A stretch of DNA of 64,000 nt from Leucoraja ocellata (GCA_036785375.1 JAWMAR010000485.1:1364001-1428000); one strand, 5' to 3'; positions 1 through 12,985 are shown, counted from the first letter of the stretch. Translations and numbers: made by a program. The notes: a model not told the origin generated them from the sequence alone.

Positions 1-39
1 AAAAACTGGTGTCCTCAACTGTGGTTTTGAATCACTTTT

Positions 40-760
40 CTTTTTGATGCGTATTAATGACCTGGAGTACTGTACTGATTGCTCGATCAAAGTTTACTGT
101 TGACGCAAAACCTGAATGGGGTAAAGGTTGAGTAGGTAATACACAAAATACTGGAGTAACGCAGTGGGTCAAGCAGCATCTCTGGAGAAAAGCAATGGGT
201 GATGTTTTAGGTTGAAACCTTTCTTCTTAGGTTGAGGAGGACAGTCGCAGGAAGAGGATGTGCAGTGGGGTATAGTGCATGGGTGCTGAAATTTAATGCA
301 GAAGAACTCTAAGGTATTGACAGGAAGAAGAGGGAAATGTTACAATTTTAGAGATTGAACGGCTGGAATCTGTGGGTATATATTGGCAAATTTTAGAGGG
401 TGGTGGGACAGGTTTAGAAGTGTGTTTTGGGGTTGAATGGGCCTCAATGTCCTTATTTTTTTAAACAGAAGAATATAAACAAAAGTTAGGAAATTCTGCC
501 ATATCTTCATAACACTTGTTAAAGCACAGCTAAAGTGTTAAATCATTCTGGACACCACCTGAAAGCAGAATATTGAGGTTTTGGAACGGGTTCAGCAGTA
601 TTTGACAAGGGAGGGATTTCAGCTGCCTGAATCAACTGGGCTTTCTCGTTTGGAGCAGATTTAATATTTGATTTATCATTTGATAGAAGTGCTCAAAATC
701 ATGTATGATTTTGGTAGGGGAGAAATTGTAAGGCAGAAAGGTCAGGGGCATGGGTTTAGA
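40..760 (+). mobile_element. Highly degraded CR1-type LINE RT remnant
   Basis: Decayed INDL and KF(A)DDTK-like codons near 45-110 and typical downstream CR1 RT motifs; many frameshifts. Confidence 0.5.
137..228 (-). mobile_element. Short Penelope-tail insertion with degenerate hammerhead core
   Basis: Family consensus ctggagtaac...gcagcatctctggag; flanking direct repeat aggttgagtagg (125-136) / aggttgaggagg (229-240). Confidence 0.75.
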
Positions 761-1287
761 AAACAAGAAGTAGTGCTGTGATTTTTATTATGCGGCAGGT
801 TATGTGACGTAAAGAAAAATAACGAGAAAGAGTAGAGGAATGTAGCTGATCCCATCGTTCTTTCAGAGTGCCACAGGTGATGGCTGACAGCCCTCCTCTT
901 GTTCCTCTCGATTGGAATACTTGGAAACAGCATAAAGATCGATCAGGTTACTGGCCTGACTCCAGTTGCAGGGAGACGCAGTTCATTATGCTACTAGTTT
1001 GAATGTGAGGGAACTAGTTGCCTTGTTAGTGATCTGCTAATGGTCCCAGGGTGTGACGTATGCTACTATACGTTGCGTGCAACTAGCCATGGCTTTTAGT
1101 CTGATGCCTAATCTATTTCTGGTGAATGCAAAGTTCTTGCCACAACTCGCTGTTTACAAGAGGTTAACATCCAGCAGCAGGTGACCAGGGCATGGATGCC
1201 ACAGGCTAAAGCACTGGCAGGTTGAGAACTGTCTGGTTTTAGTTTGGAGACTTTGGGTGAATCAGAGGGACTGGTGTGAAGCTTAAT

Positions 1288-1457
1288 GGGCCTGTCTCAC
1301 TTAGGCGATTTTTTGGGCAACTGCTGCAAAATTTCCAACATGTTGAATCATTTTCTGCGACAGTGGCGCCAATTTTTGCTGTCGTAGGTTTTGTAGTAGG
1401 TGAGTTAAAACTAGTCCCTGGCAGTCGCCTAAAGAGTCGCCTAAGTGGAACAGGCCT
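1288..1457. mobile_element. MITE (Harbinger/Kolobok-like), TIR GGGCCTGTCCCACT family
   Basis: Termini gggcctgtctcacttaggcga / tcgcctaagtggaacaggcc; internal caacatgttgaa palindrome shared with the elements at 38.4 and 41.6 kb. Confidence 0.75.
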
Positions 1458-1708
1458 TTAAGAAATGGGTTTCCTTCAGTGACTTTGGGGATTGTAATTC
1501 CTGTTGCTACATGGATGAGAAACAATGTTACCTCAAGTGGTAACACTTCCATCTAATGTGGCCTGAGAACTCTGAAGTGGGTCTGACACAGATGTCAAAT
1601 AGTGCCTCCAGGTGTTTAAAACAGCCTGTAGTACAGTTATAACTGAACAATAAAGGTCAGGTTGCACTGACAGTTTATGCTTGTCAACTGAAAGCTCTGT
1701 GGACGATA

Positions 1709-1840
1709 GGTGTAACAAAGAACTGCAGATTCTGGTTTAGATCGAAGGTAGACACACAATGCTGGAGTAACTCAGTGGGTGAGGCAGCATCTGTGGAGAA
1801 AAGGAATGGGCGGTGAGTTACTCCAGCATTTTGTGTCTAC
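1709..1840. mobile_element. Fold-back Penelope-tail insertion
   Basis: Minus-oriented arm followed by a short plus arm; 14-bp TSD ctctgtggacgata (1695-1708) / ctccgtggatgata (1841-1854). Confidence 0.75.
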
Positions 1841-3337
1841 CTCCGTGGATGATATATTCTCCAATACCTCTCCATGAACCTTTGACTGTAGGTGTATATC
1901 TATTGATGGAGTACACAGGTTGCTCTGTGTGATGCCATTGCTCCTTCCTGAATGACTGATTGCACCTGACCAGGTCAGACCTGACTGCAGGAATGAATTT
2001 ACAATCAGTTTAATATTGGCAATTGAAATCGAATGGTTGTCATTGCTTTACAGAGAGTAGAACTACATGGTGCAAAATCCGGATGCTCATGTGACTTTTG
2101 GTGGACAGAAGGTGGCACCACAGGCCAAGCTCCATCCATTTTATCGTGCATTCAAACCCACATTATGGGGTAGTTGTGTTCCTAGAAATGAATCCGTATC
2201 ACAGTTTTCCATAACACAAAGCTTCATCATCTGTGCAGGCATAGAGAAGCACAAGTTTGAAAAAGTACATATTTTATTTATTTACTTTTTTCACGTATAT
2301 TCCACGACAGAGAATTTATTCTGAAGGTCAAATTTCTGTTTAGTGTTTTGTGAATGCGGTAAAAGCGAATTTCCATTATGTCAATGACTGTAATGGAAGG
2401 ATCACCAGTAAATCACATGTGTGATCCCAGTATTGAATATAATTTGGTTTGTTGTGGGATCCTGTTGGAAAGGATGGTTGTTGCTAAAATAAAATTAACT
2501 TGCCTCGTGCATGCCTGCTAAAAATCGAATCCAGCCCCCCTTCCAGGCACCAGTCTCATTCTATGTTGTTAAGGTGCCTTCATCTCACAGAATGTCAGTG
2601 GCAGAGGATAATTCTGTTATTTGGTTTGTGGAGGCACCCTCCAGTGCAATGTAGTGATTGCACGGGATACTTGTAACCAGTTGTATTCTGCGAAAGGAAA
2701 GGCTATCTATCAGTGATGTGTTTTCATTAAAATGTGGCAGTGGAAGCAATGCACTTGGTCTCTATTGAACCAGCATTGCTATTAGAAGCAGCCAGAGATG
2801 GTTGTTACATGTTTATACCTGGATTTGTTCCATTATCAGCACCAGGAAAAGGTGGGGAAATGGATGAGAGGGTTCAAAATTGATCAGGGCAACGATAAAG
2901 AAGAGCAAAAGTGAGCAGGCAAAATGAGCAATGATGAAATAATGATAGGAATGGATGAGTGAAATAAAACGGAGGGTAGTGCATTGGAGCACGCAAAGGA
3001 GAACATAGTCAAATCCAATTGTTAAGATGAAATCCTCCTATCTTTGTGCTTAAAATATAATAAGACACAGCTGAAAATTAGCAGAAACTCTTCAAGCATT
3101 TTGCTGTTCTGCTGAATTACTACTTTGTTGCATAGGATCTTCCAAATACATCCTTTTTACCAAATGAAGATTTGGTAAGAATCTTTACGATTTTTAACCT
3201 TCTCTATTCGTCCTCCTCAAAGACAACTCTATTGATCAGTACCCTTCTAATTTAACAGGGTGCTGAGGGGTCCAGGCTTTTGTGTTCTGCTAACTTCGGT
3301 CACACCTATTCATTCCCTAAAAGTGGAAGAGTGGTGA

Positions 3338-3872
3338 ATGTAGAACAGTACAGCACAGGACCAGGCCCTTTGACTCACAATGTCTATGCCAAGTTAAACT
3401 AATCTCATTTACCACCATGTAATCCATATCCCTACATTCACTGCATATCCATGTACCTATCTAAAAGCCGCATAAATGCCCCTGTTGTATCTACGTCCAC
3501 CACCATCCCTGGTGTTCCAAGCACCCACCACTGTCTGTGTAAACAAAAAGTTGCCCCTTTAAAACGACATCTTTAAATTTTCCCCGCTAACTTTAAAGCT
3601 ATGCCCTCATGATATTCCCACTCTGGGACAAAGGTTCTGACTATCTACCGTATCTATGTCTCTCATAATTGTATATACTACTCTCAACCACTGACACTCC
3701 AGAGAAGCCACTCCAGGTTTGTCCAACCTTTCCTTATAGCTACATCTCTCTAATCCAGGCAGTGTTATTTTGAGCCTCGCCCTCTCCAAAACCTCCTTGT
3801 AATCGTGCAATTAGAACTGCACATAACACTCCGAATGTGATCTAACCAAAGTCCTATAAAGCTGCAACATGA
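3338..3872 (-). mobile_element. CR1 LINE 3' fragment
   Basis: ORF 3607-3810 (LPGLERCSYKERLDKPG) is CR1 RT C-terminal sequence; CR1-type tail. Confidence 0.75.
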
Positions 3873-4800
3873 CTCAGTGGACCATATCTAAAGTCTAAAG
3901 TTTATTGAATATCGAAGCAGGCACAAGGAAGTGCTTCTGTTTCCTTTGATTGCAAATTATTGAACTGACAGCCCAAAGAGGGTTTTGTTTTTGTGACAAA
4001 TCCTATTTACATGAATTACATGTACTTTTGCTTCCCATGGGAATGTTATCAGTCAGATTTGGAAACTAGCCACATTAGTACTATTCCATCAGAGGACCAA
4101 ATACATGGTCAATTCTGGCAATTTTAAAGCAGCATTTGTAGGATTAGATGGAAGTAGATTTAGAGAACCTCTGCCTGTGGCATAGACAACTTGACATGCA
4201 GCACGGTGTGTGTGAAGTGAAAATTGGAAGGATGGAGAGTTCTTGAACTCTGTAGGGTTGGAAGAGAATGCAGGTATGGGGAAGGATGAGACCATGCAAG
4301 TGTTTGGATGCAAGGATGAGAATTATAAATGGAGGTAATTGCAGACTGTGGCTGGTGCACCGTAAGCATACAGATGAACAATGGAATTAGGAGACCTGAA
4401 GTTGGGAAACATGCACCATTGTTCTGAAGCAATGTCCCACCCAGATGTTGTGCTCAATACTGCACAGTATTTATAATGGGTCAGGAGCAAGTTTCATATA
4501 TCCACTTTGCTCACACTACATGCTTTAAACCTACTAAGAGTTTGGCAGGTGCAGCAACAAATTCAAAGATGCTTCGGGCAAAGATTTGTGAAAGGTGGAA
4601 AGGGCGGCTCTGGGAACTCCTGCAAGGAGTTATGCTTGAGCAATAATATAGGTGGGCCAGTTCCCACCAATGTATCACTGACAGCATCACTGCACAATCC
4701 TGATCTTTGCCCATGGGGTACATTTGGCAAGTGGAATGCTAATACTTAGGGAAAAAGTGTTGCAATTCTCAGTTGCATTACAGCCAATGACACTGGTGAG

Positions 4801-4960
4801 GTTTTAGTTTAGATACAGCATGGAAAATGGTCCTTTGGCCCACCGAGTCCACGCCATCTGTCGATTACCTGTTTATACTAGTTCCATGTTATCCCACTTT
4901 CTCATCCACTTCCTACACATTGGGGGCATTTTACAGAGGCTAATTAAATGTGGGAGAGGA
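4801..4960 (-). mobile_element. V-SINE/HE1-like SINE 3' part
   Basis: gtttagatacagcatggaaa...ggcccaccgagtcc tail shared with other SINE copies in the window. Confidence 0.6.
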
Positions 4961-6291
4961 AAAAAGAGTTGGGGGTTGTGGAAGCATTTTGAAGGGTAGA
5001 AATATTGGGTGATTTTTTTTTTACTATAGATAGGAATAAAGTTAGTACATTTGTTTAAAGTAAAACACCTTTTTCTAAAATGCATCCTTAACTGCCCAGA
5101 TCATTCTTTCTTGACCCTTGAAGAAACTTTGCATGGTTTAGTTCTGGGAAATGTAGCGGAGCAACTAACCGTGAGAACGGTTGGGAGATGGTGATTGTAA
5201 TTTAACTTCAGGTTACACTAGAAAACCCTAATGTTAAAAGTGGGAATGGTGGGATGAGCCATGATTGACAAAGTGAGTAGGGCTCCGACACCATTAAACA
5301 TTGAACAAGCAGATCAAGAGGCCAGCAATTGACATAATGGTATGAAGGATGGTATGTTAGATGATCATTTTCCGATGAGGCAAAATATCAAAGGATAAAA
5401 TTAATTATTAAATTAAATTAAAGATTAAAATGCAAATTGATATTTCAACAGGACTCGTATCATATAAAATTAGGCCAGATGTAAATGTAGTTGAGAGGCA
5501 TGTGCAAAACAAAAATTAACGAAGTAACATTTAAAATCAAGTTTTCTTTTTTTTAAAAGATGTAAAATAATTTTGTGCGCTTATTTGTGGATTGACAAAT
5601 TGAACTGAGTATTTATTTTGAAGAAACAAATGGTTTAGCAGGTGAGATGGATGGTTCGGAGGTGGGGTTGGCAGTTGTTGATTATGAAGAGATGTTCACT
5701 AAGATGTTTTCATCACATTTGTTCAAACATGTTCAGAGGAAATTCTTGTAGTGCAAGTTGTTGAAAGACATGGGAGTAATAACTGGTAAATGGGTATCAT
5801 TTTTGGCGAGGAATTAAATTGATGAGCTTTCAGTACTAGTTTTTCCCCACCCAACCTCTTCCCATGATGTGCAAGTACGAAACACCTGAGTTTGCTGACA
5901 GCTCAAAATAGATGATTCAGCACACCGTGGGAAGGTCTGCAACAGATGTTAAGAAAATAATACAACGTGATTTAATGTGGATTAAGTTTGAGGTAATAGC
6001 ATGCAAAAAGGGTGTGGATACTCTGAGAGCCCAAGGGCTTTGGATGCACAAATCTCTGCAAGTGCAAATGCTGACAACATTTCTGATTGCAGTCTCATCA
6101 TTTTTGGTTTACTGTTTTGTGTGTGTGTGATAGCTGTATGTACTTTCAATTTATTCATTATTGCTTAGAAGTCACTGTCTGCAGGATTCTCTAACTTAAG
6201 GGGGTTCTTGGAAATCCAAGGCCATATTTAGTCTCAACATTTGGACTTGACCACCTCACTCCAAACAAACCTGCCATCTGTCTCTCACCAG

Positions 6292-6455
6292 GTTGGGGGC
6301 TCCCAGCTTTTCTAGTCTGTTGGAGGAATCCCATCAAGGCACTCAAACTCATCAAGATGATCAGCTGTCTGCAGGAGGACAAAGTGAAGCTGCAGGAGGA
6401 ACTGAACACGGCTGAGTCTAAACAACAGTGCCTGGGCAGCACTCCACCATCTCAG
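6292..6455 (+). CDS. KIFC3: KIFC3-like putative upstream coiled-coil exon (5' boundary uncertain; in-frame ATG at 6357)
   Basis: Open frame ...KALKLIKMISCLQEDKVKLQEELNTAESKQQCLGSTPPSQ with heptad character; donor CAG|GTAATC phase 0, compatible with the next exon; candidate acceptor tctctcaccAG at 6290-6291. Confidence 0.5.
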
Positions 6456-7146
6456 GTAATCAATCTGGCACTGCATGTAAACATTGAAAGGACTTGAATT
6501 ATTTTATGGGCATGGAAACAGGGTTTAGTACTCATCCTTAATTGCCTTTGAATGTAGTTGAGATGCCTCCCTGGACCTTTCAGGGAGGCATCTCAATGTA
6601 CCCCAATGGTGCTCTTGGGTAGAGTCCCCTGGAGATAATGGTGGTAGATTTGCTAGTCTTGTCAGGCCTGGTCAAATCAGCATCATTAATCAACTATGCT
6701 GTTTTATTGTCCCTTCTGTGGGGATAGTGGCACGTGGACTTTCACGTGGCCCTTGCACTTCGGACAGATCAGCTTTCAGCTTTGGACGGTGTTCCCATTG
6801 CACTGCACTTGTCCCGGTGCCAGGTGATGATGCTGGGAGGTCCTGTGCCTCTGCTTGCTGCCTTGAATCCCAGCCACCAGACTCTACTAACTTGCTTGTC
6901 TTGCCTCTTTTAAGGAAGAGGCAATGGGTGAAAGGCTGAGATGGGGTGCACAGATAATTCCTGGGCTCATCTCTGCAGCTCGGGGGAGCAGAATTGAAGC
7001 AGACTCACCACTTGCAGGAACGGAAGAAGTTGCTCAAAATTGAAAAGAATTCCATCTGATTAACCAAGTGGAGACGTGCTTGAATCTTGTGCTGTTTTGG
7101 TGCTCGTAGTAACTGTCCCTACTCTGTTCCTGTCTCTGTTCGACAG

Positions 7147-7287
7147 GGCACCACGGACCTGGAGAAACACTTAGCGATCCTGGTCCTGGAGAATGATCGA
7201 CTGAAGCAGGAACTGAACAGCAGCCAGCTCCGGTTCCAGCAGCTCCGGGCCTCCGTCCCCACCTGCACAGACTGTGAGCACAGCAAG
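7147..7287 (+). CDS. KIFC3: KIFC3-like exon GTTDLEKHLAILVLENDRLKQEL...CTDCEHSK
   Basis: gacAG|...|GTAAGA, 141 nt, phase 0/0; matches recalled human GGTDLEKHRDLLMVENERLRQEM...CPGCEHSQ. Confidence 0.9.
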
Positions 7288-7849
7288 GTAAGAGCAGATC
7301 TGGATCACTACAGCAGGGCATGTCACTTCACACAGCACCTCCCAGCCATGGAGCACGAGGCCAGTGGTGTAACGGGGAATTTGGCAGCAAGTTTGCACAC
7401 ACAGAGGACCCAGAACCACACCGATATCGACCTGAAGAATGTCAGCTTTAATATGTTGGTTCAGGGAGAATTCTTGGCAGACGCTGGGAGAGAAAACTCT
7501 AGATCCCCTCATTAATTGTATGAGGTGGTTTTCACTGAGCTGAGAGAAGAAGGTGGGACTGAAAGACAGCCTTGGAGAGCACAGCACTCCCGTGGTAGTT
7601 AGTGCCTGGAATGGTGCTTAAACACATAACCACTGAACTCAACGTGTAGGTGCCATTTACTAAGCCACAGCTAATGAATTGGGAGTCAGGGAAAGTGCTG
7701 GCTTTCTCTTTAGGTTTAGCTTACAGTGTCCGGTGCAGAAACTATGTTTGTAGCTGAAGTGTGTAAGTGGAGCGGGATTATCAGTTGTCATTTATCCTGG
7801 GTGCTGGCCTGACCAGTATTGGTGCTCAGTAAAAATAAAGAATGCTAGT

Positions 7850-7995
7850 TACAAAAGAAAACACGAAGGGCCTTGAGTAACTCAACATGTCCAGCAGCAT
7901 CTTCAGAGAACATAAATAGGTGATGTTCGGGTTGGTTCCATTTTCTCCAGAGATGCTGCCTTTCCCGTTGAGTTATTCCAGCCCTTTGTGTTTTC
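7850..7995. mobile_element. Fold-back Penelope-tail remnant
   Basis: gagtaactcaac...cagcatc followed by inverted gatgctgcc...gttgagttattccagc. Confidence 0.65.
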
Positions 7996-9036
7996 GTTGG
8001 TGCTCTGTGCTTGTCCTAGACGTAAGGGAGGTGAGCTGTCATTGTCCGGCTCTGTGGCTATGATGCAGGGTCTGTCCCGATGCTGTCAGGGTGTGGCGAG
8101 GGAGCCGGAAAAACCTCGCGTGTTTGGGGATCCATTCAGTGTATCAGCCCACTGTGGCTCAGCTTCACCACCGTGGAGAAGCACGTTGCGTTGTCCTGGG
8201 AGGAGGAAGAGGAGGTGGGAGAGTTGCACAAGAGCCCGGGTTGTGTTGTCAGGGGCACTCCTCCTTGGAAAGGTCTCTGTCTCTGATCAGTGCTGGAGAA
8301 AGGCAGGAGCTGATGAGGCGCATGGCAGGTTGATATTGTTGTGGCTGAATCTCTGTATCGACTCTACCACCTCCCCCTTCCCCCGCTACCTTTTATCCAA
8401 AATTCCGTGGTGACCTTGAACTACTGCAAGTCCACAGCCCTCGGAGGCAGCTAATTCAAGAAATTAAGAACAAATTTGTCTTCGCCTCATTCTCAAATGG
8501 CTTGCTGCTACTGTAACCCCTCGCCAATATCAGGGACACACCCTCATCATCTACTAACGAGCCTTCTCGAGAATCTCCTTAAATGAACAAAAGAGGCCGT
8601 GAACCCTTTGAGTAAAGGCTTTTTTTGTAAACGGACTTAATCAACTTTGTGATGATTAGTTAAATATAACTCTACAAAAGCATAGATAAAAATGTGGGAT
8701 GTGGGCAGAGAATAGTAAAACATTAATGCAAGACTTGGCATGCACCCAGGTAAAATATGCCGAATATTCTCCCACGCTCATCCATTCAATGAGCTGAGTC
8801 CGGACAAGCTATTGCTTCTGCCCCAATCATTCTGGTTGTCAATAACTATTGGGACTATTGGGGAGGTGCAGTGTGTGTGGCTGATGTTTTAAACATACAC
8901 ACCCTCGGAATATGTCCTATTTTTTTTATCAGAACCCGAGGAGTTTAGGAATCGAACCTACATATTAGAGAGGTTAATCAGGTTACCAATTGTCTGTGGT
9001 GCTGCGTTTTAAATGTGTTCTCATTCCCTGTCGCAG

Positions 9037-9228
9037 GAAAATTCTCGGTTACGAGAACAAACGTCCGTCTTGCGGTTGGAGCTGGAGGAAAAGACAAGAC
9101 TGCTATCGGAGCTGGAACTGCACCTCAAAGATGTCCATCAGGACAGAACTGAGAGGGAAGAGAGGCTGAATAAACGCATCAGGGACTGTCATCTCGCCCT
9201 GGCCAAACACCCCACACCTGGAATGAAG
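9037..9228 (+). CDS. KIFC3: KIFC3-like coiled-coil exon ENSRLREQ...EERLNKRIRDCH...PGMK
   Basis: tcgcAG|...|GTAAAA, 192 nt, phase 0/0; homologous to human ESAQLRDK...EERLSRRLRDSH but about 16 aa shorter. Confidence 0.88.
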
Positions 9229-9384
9229 GTAAAAGGGTGGCATTTCTGACCAGCACATCAGTGATGCACAGATACTGGGTGGGGAGGGCCTTACTTCACA
9301 CGTCTGGATATAGAATGGTTAAAGTTATATATTGTAGATTATTATAAGAAAACAACAATGTACAGGTATGCCTCAACTCGCATT

Positions 9385-9755
9385 CACCCTGCGTATTCCT
9401 CATGATTTTATACAACTCAATAAGATCACCCTTTGCCTCCTGCACTCCAAGGAATAAAGTTCTAGACTACCCAACCTCTCCCTCTAGCTTAGGCCCTTGA
9501 GTTCTGCTAACATCCTCATAAATCTGTTCTGCTCTCTTTCCAGCTAGACGCATCCTTCCTATAGCAGAGTGACCGAAACTGAACCCCTATGCCAAATTCG
9601 GCCTTGCCAACGTGTTTTACAACTGTAACATAACATCCCAACTTCTGTTCTCAATAGTCTGACTGATGTCGGCCAATGTACCAAAAGCCTTCTTGACCAC
9701 CCTATTTTCCTGTGGTGCCCCTTCCAGGGAATGATGTCCTTGCACTCCTAGATCC
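9385..9755 (-). mobile_element. CR1 LINE RT fragment
   Basis: RVVKKAFGTLADISQTIENRSWDVMLQL in ORF 9617-9874, matching the CR1 at 18743. Confidence 0.8.
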
Positions 9756-10080
9756 CTATGCAGGGCCGGATTTAGATGAAGAGAGGGCCTAGGCTGTTCC
9801 ACTTGTGAGGCCCCTCCCAATCCCCCACGACTAAAGGAAGATGGTCCACCAGATTGACGCCGATTTGCAGCCAAGCGTGGCCAATGCGATAAGGGCTGGA
9901 AAGCTGCGCTTTTTATTTATTTATTTATTGCCAGTGCTAGTGTCGAGTTATCGGCTTAAAACACTATTATTCTGAAATAGAGGGCAAGGAAAATTACTGA
10001 AGGGTTGTTTAGAGACTACATTGCGTTGTGACAGGATATGTAAGAAAGGCCTATGGCAGTCAAAAATATTATACACCTTG

Positions 10081-10449
10081 CAGGGCTCTCACTTAACTTT
10101 TTTTCTCTGTCAGCCGGGCAACCTTGGCAGCTTTTTAGGTTGCCAAATGACAGTTTAAGTGGTCAGTTAAGACAGCTTGCATGACGCGTGCGATAATGTG
10201 CTCGGACGAAATGCGTAGTTACCAGTCGGAATTATGCTCAATGAAGCATTCACATATTATTTCTGCTTCAAATAAAGTCACAAACTAAACATATTCACCT
10301 ATCAAGACATGATATATACCACAATGACATGCAGCAAAATTATAATACAGTATCTCAACTCTTTTTACACGTTGCAATAAATGCAATTTCTATTATTTCT
10401 TTCCACTTCCAAACAAAAATGTGGTTGGATTATTCAGCGTATGATCAAC
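10081..10449. mobile_element. hAT-like non-autonomous DNA element fragment (another CAGGG-start fragment at 9761-9900)
   Basis: Starts CAGGGCTC with internal ggcaacc/ggttgcc motifs; no partner TIR found. Confidence 0.35.
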
Positions 10450-10888
10450 CTCGGTGAGACCAAGCGCAGGCTTGGCGATCGCTTCGCACAACACCTCCAC
10501 TCAGTTCGCAATAACCAACCTGATCTCCCGGTAGCTCAAAACTTCAACTCCCCCTTCCATTCCGAATCAGATCTCTCTGTCCTGGGCCTCTTCCATGGCC
10601 AGAGTGAGGCCCACCGTAAATTGGAGGAGCAGCACCTCATATTTCGCTTGGGCAGTTTACACCCCAGCGGCATGAACATTAACTTCTCCAATTTCAGGTA
10701 ATCCCTGCTTTCTCCTCCCCTTCCCAGCTCTCCCTCAGCCCCACTGTCTCCGCTTCTTCCTTTCTTCTTCCCGTCCCCCCCACCCTCACATCAGTCTGAA
10801 AAAGGGTATCAACACCAAACGTTGCCTATTTCCTTCGCTCCATAGATGCTGCCTCACCCACTGAGTTTCTCCAGCATTTTTGTCTACC
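10450..10888 (+). mobile_element. Penelope-like element: GIY-YIG endonuclease C-terminus plus 3' tail with degenerate hammerhead
   Basis: GETKRRLGDRFAQH...EEQHLIFRLGSLHPSGMN* followed by the same ~100-nt tail as the short insertions, linking them to this family. Confidence 0.88.
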
Positions 10889-10889
10889 C

Positions 10890-11090
10890 ATTCACACAAG
10901 TTCTGTTATCCCACTTTCCTCACCCACTCCCTACACATTAGGGGCAATTTTACAGATACAAGTTAACCTACAAAGCCAATGTGTCTTTGGGATGTGGGAG
11001 GAAACCCACACGTTTGCAGGGGGAATGTGCAAATTCAACACAGACAGTGCCAGAGGACAGGATCGAACACAGATCTCTGGCATGTGAGGC
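10890..11090 (-). mobile_element. V-SINE/HE1-like SINE
   Basis: Reverse V-domain (tttgggatgtgggaggaaaccc) and B-box ggatcgaac. Confidence 0.75.
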
Positions 11091-11259
11091 AGCAAAGTAT
11101 AGCTGTGCCACTATATTTTGTTTTCCAACACACAAAAAATTATACATTGATAACTTTGGTTACTAATAAAATGAAAATATCCATTTTTAGTCTCAAATCT
11201 CCAAGTGAAGCTATGTCCCTCTTTACAGCTACTGTATGTTTTAATTCAGTTCAAGATTA

Positions 11260-11450
11260 TGGGGCAGTACATTGGCCATAAAGTTGCTGCCTAAAAGTGT
11301 CAGAGACCCGGAATTGATCCTGAATATGGGTGCTGTCTGTATTGAGTTTGCTCCTTTTTCCTTTGATCGCATGGGTTTTCTCCGGGTGTTCTTGTTTCCT
11401 TCCACATTCCAAAGGTGTGCAGGAAGCTATTTCAGACCCAACCCAAAACG
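11260..11450 (+). mobile_element. V-SINE/HE1-like SINE head plus V-domain (inverted duplicate at 11893-12016)
   Basis: tRNA-like head, gtgctgtctgt...gagtttgc...ggttttctccggg...cacattccaaag. Confidence 0.75.
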
Positions 11451-11618
11451 TAATACTAGTTCTATCCCACACATTAGCGATGCAAGTCGAGGGTCAAGAG
11501 TGTTTTATTCTCTTTTGTCCCAGTTAGAACAATGAAATCCTTACTTGCAGCAGCACAACAGAATATGTAAACATAGTACTCTGTAAACAATGTTATAAAA
11601 GAGAAAACAAAATGGTGT

Positions 11619-11765
11619 NNNNNNNNNNNNNNNNNNNNNNNNNNNNNNNNNNNNNNNNNNNNNNNNNNNNNNNNNNNNNNNNNNNNNNNNNNNNNNNNNN
11701 NNNNNNNNNNNNNNNNNNNNNNNNNNNNNNNNNNNNNNNNNNNNNNNNNNNNNNNNNNNNNNNNN
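11619..11765. other. Assembly gap (147 N)
   Basis: Run of n. Confidence 1.
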
Positions 11766-11787
11766 AAGTTCTATCGTATAGTATCTT

Positions 11788-11912
11788 GTGTGTAGGAAGG
11801 AACTGCAGATGCTGGTTTAAACTGAAGATAGACACAAAAATCTGGAGTAACTCAACAGGTCAATCAGAATCTCTGGACAAAAGGAAAATATTAAGTTTTG
11901 GGTTAGGTCTGA
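11788..11912 (-). mobile_element. Penelope-tail copy
   Basis: gtgtaggaaggaactgcagatgctggtttaaac...ctggagtaactca consensus. Confidence 0.7.
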
Positions 11913-12473
11913 AATAGGTTCCTGCACACCTTTGGAATGTGGAAGGAAACAAGAGGACCCGGAGAAAACCCATGCGATCAAAGGGAAAAGGAGCAAACTC
12001 CATACAGACAGCATCCATATTCTCTTCTACTATCCATCCCCAATTTCATTTGTGTAACCTTTTGAAAGTGGTTGTTGGGTTTATTCAACTGGGTCATTGT
12101 AGTATGGAGCAATTTGGTCAGTGTAAACAAGCCAAGCTCTGAGTAAATCAAGGATACATTTCTATAAGAAAATACTTCTTCCATAATTTCGCTCTTCTCT
12201 TCCAACTCATTAATCCCAACAATTTTCCCTTTTTGCCAAGTAAGAAGGGTTGTTGGATTATGCTATTTTAAATGTCTTAATTTCAATGGCATGTGAGTTT
12301 ATTTGTGGCTCACATCTCTAAGCAGTCATCCATACCTTGATGCTTTTGTTCCCTTGACATTGATGTATGGATTTGGGTTGGGTGGGCAGGGTGGGGAGAC
12401 ATACCATAATTGTTTTGGAACTGCTCCTGATTATAGGTTTGATGAATGCACCTTGTTGTTAAACCATTCATAG

Positions 12474-12647
12474 TTCATAAGCAAGAAAATGGAAGTTGAG
12501 TCATTGAGGATGAAGCAGGATTTAGAAGAAGCCCAGTCCAGGAATCACTATCTTCAGGAGCAGATTGGTATCCAGAGGCAACTGTTGACAGAGCAGGAAC
12601 AACAGCTTCAGGGCTCTTGGCATACATCAGCCCAGCTTCAAGCTCAG
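12474..12647 (+). CDS. KIFC3: KIFC3-like exon FISKKMEVES...SAQLQAQ
   Basis: catAG|...|GTAAGT, 174 nt; aligns with human YVIKTVEVES...TARLRAQ. Confidence 0.92.
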
Positions 12648-12854
12648 GTAAGTCCAAGCTCTTCTCTCTGATGTTAATAACATTGCAGGAGTCATTAATC
12701 TCCACTTGGAGCCAACCAATGTACAATGCCACATTGTTAATATTTACTATCTTAAGAAGATTAACATGGTTACATTATATCTATTAACTTGGGAACCACT
12801 TGTGATTTATATTGTCTGAGAAGTTCCAGGCCAACTCAGACAGCAATAACACTT

Positions 12855-12955
12855 AGTCTGAAGAAGGATTTTGGCCCAAAACGTTGCCTATCTCCTTCGC
12901 TCCATAGATGCTGCTGCACCTGCACCTGCTGAGTTTCTCCAGCATTTTTGTGTAC
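12855..12955 (+). mobile_element. 101-bp Penelope-tail insertion with hammerhead-like core, perfect 14-bp TSD
   Basis: cagcaataacactt at 12841-12854 and 12956-12969; insert starts agtCTGAAGAagg. Confidence 0.88.
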
Positions 12956-12985
12956 CAGCAATAACACTTGCTCCGTAAACTGCAG

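Noticed and set aside
800-1100. Two TGACGTA CRE-like sites and a CCAAT box as a candidate promoter
   Set aside because: Short motifs occur by chance; no CpG island or mapped start site.
2054-2111. Possible upstream exon (tttacAG...ATG VQNPDAHVTFGGQK|gtggca)
   Set aside because: Weak donor, phase incompatible with the 6292 acceptor and no recognisable homology; needs RNA data.
7087-7587. 142-aa (+) and 138-aa (-) ORFs
   Set aside because: Read-through of the 141-nt exon into intron sequence, and its antisense frame.
7988-8413. Overlapping 68-141 aa ORFs in a GC-rich stretch
   Set aside because: No homology to the kinesin or any recognised domain; the flanking exons already join in phase.
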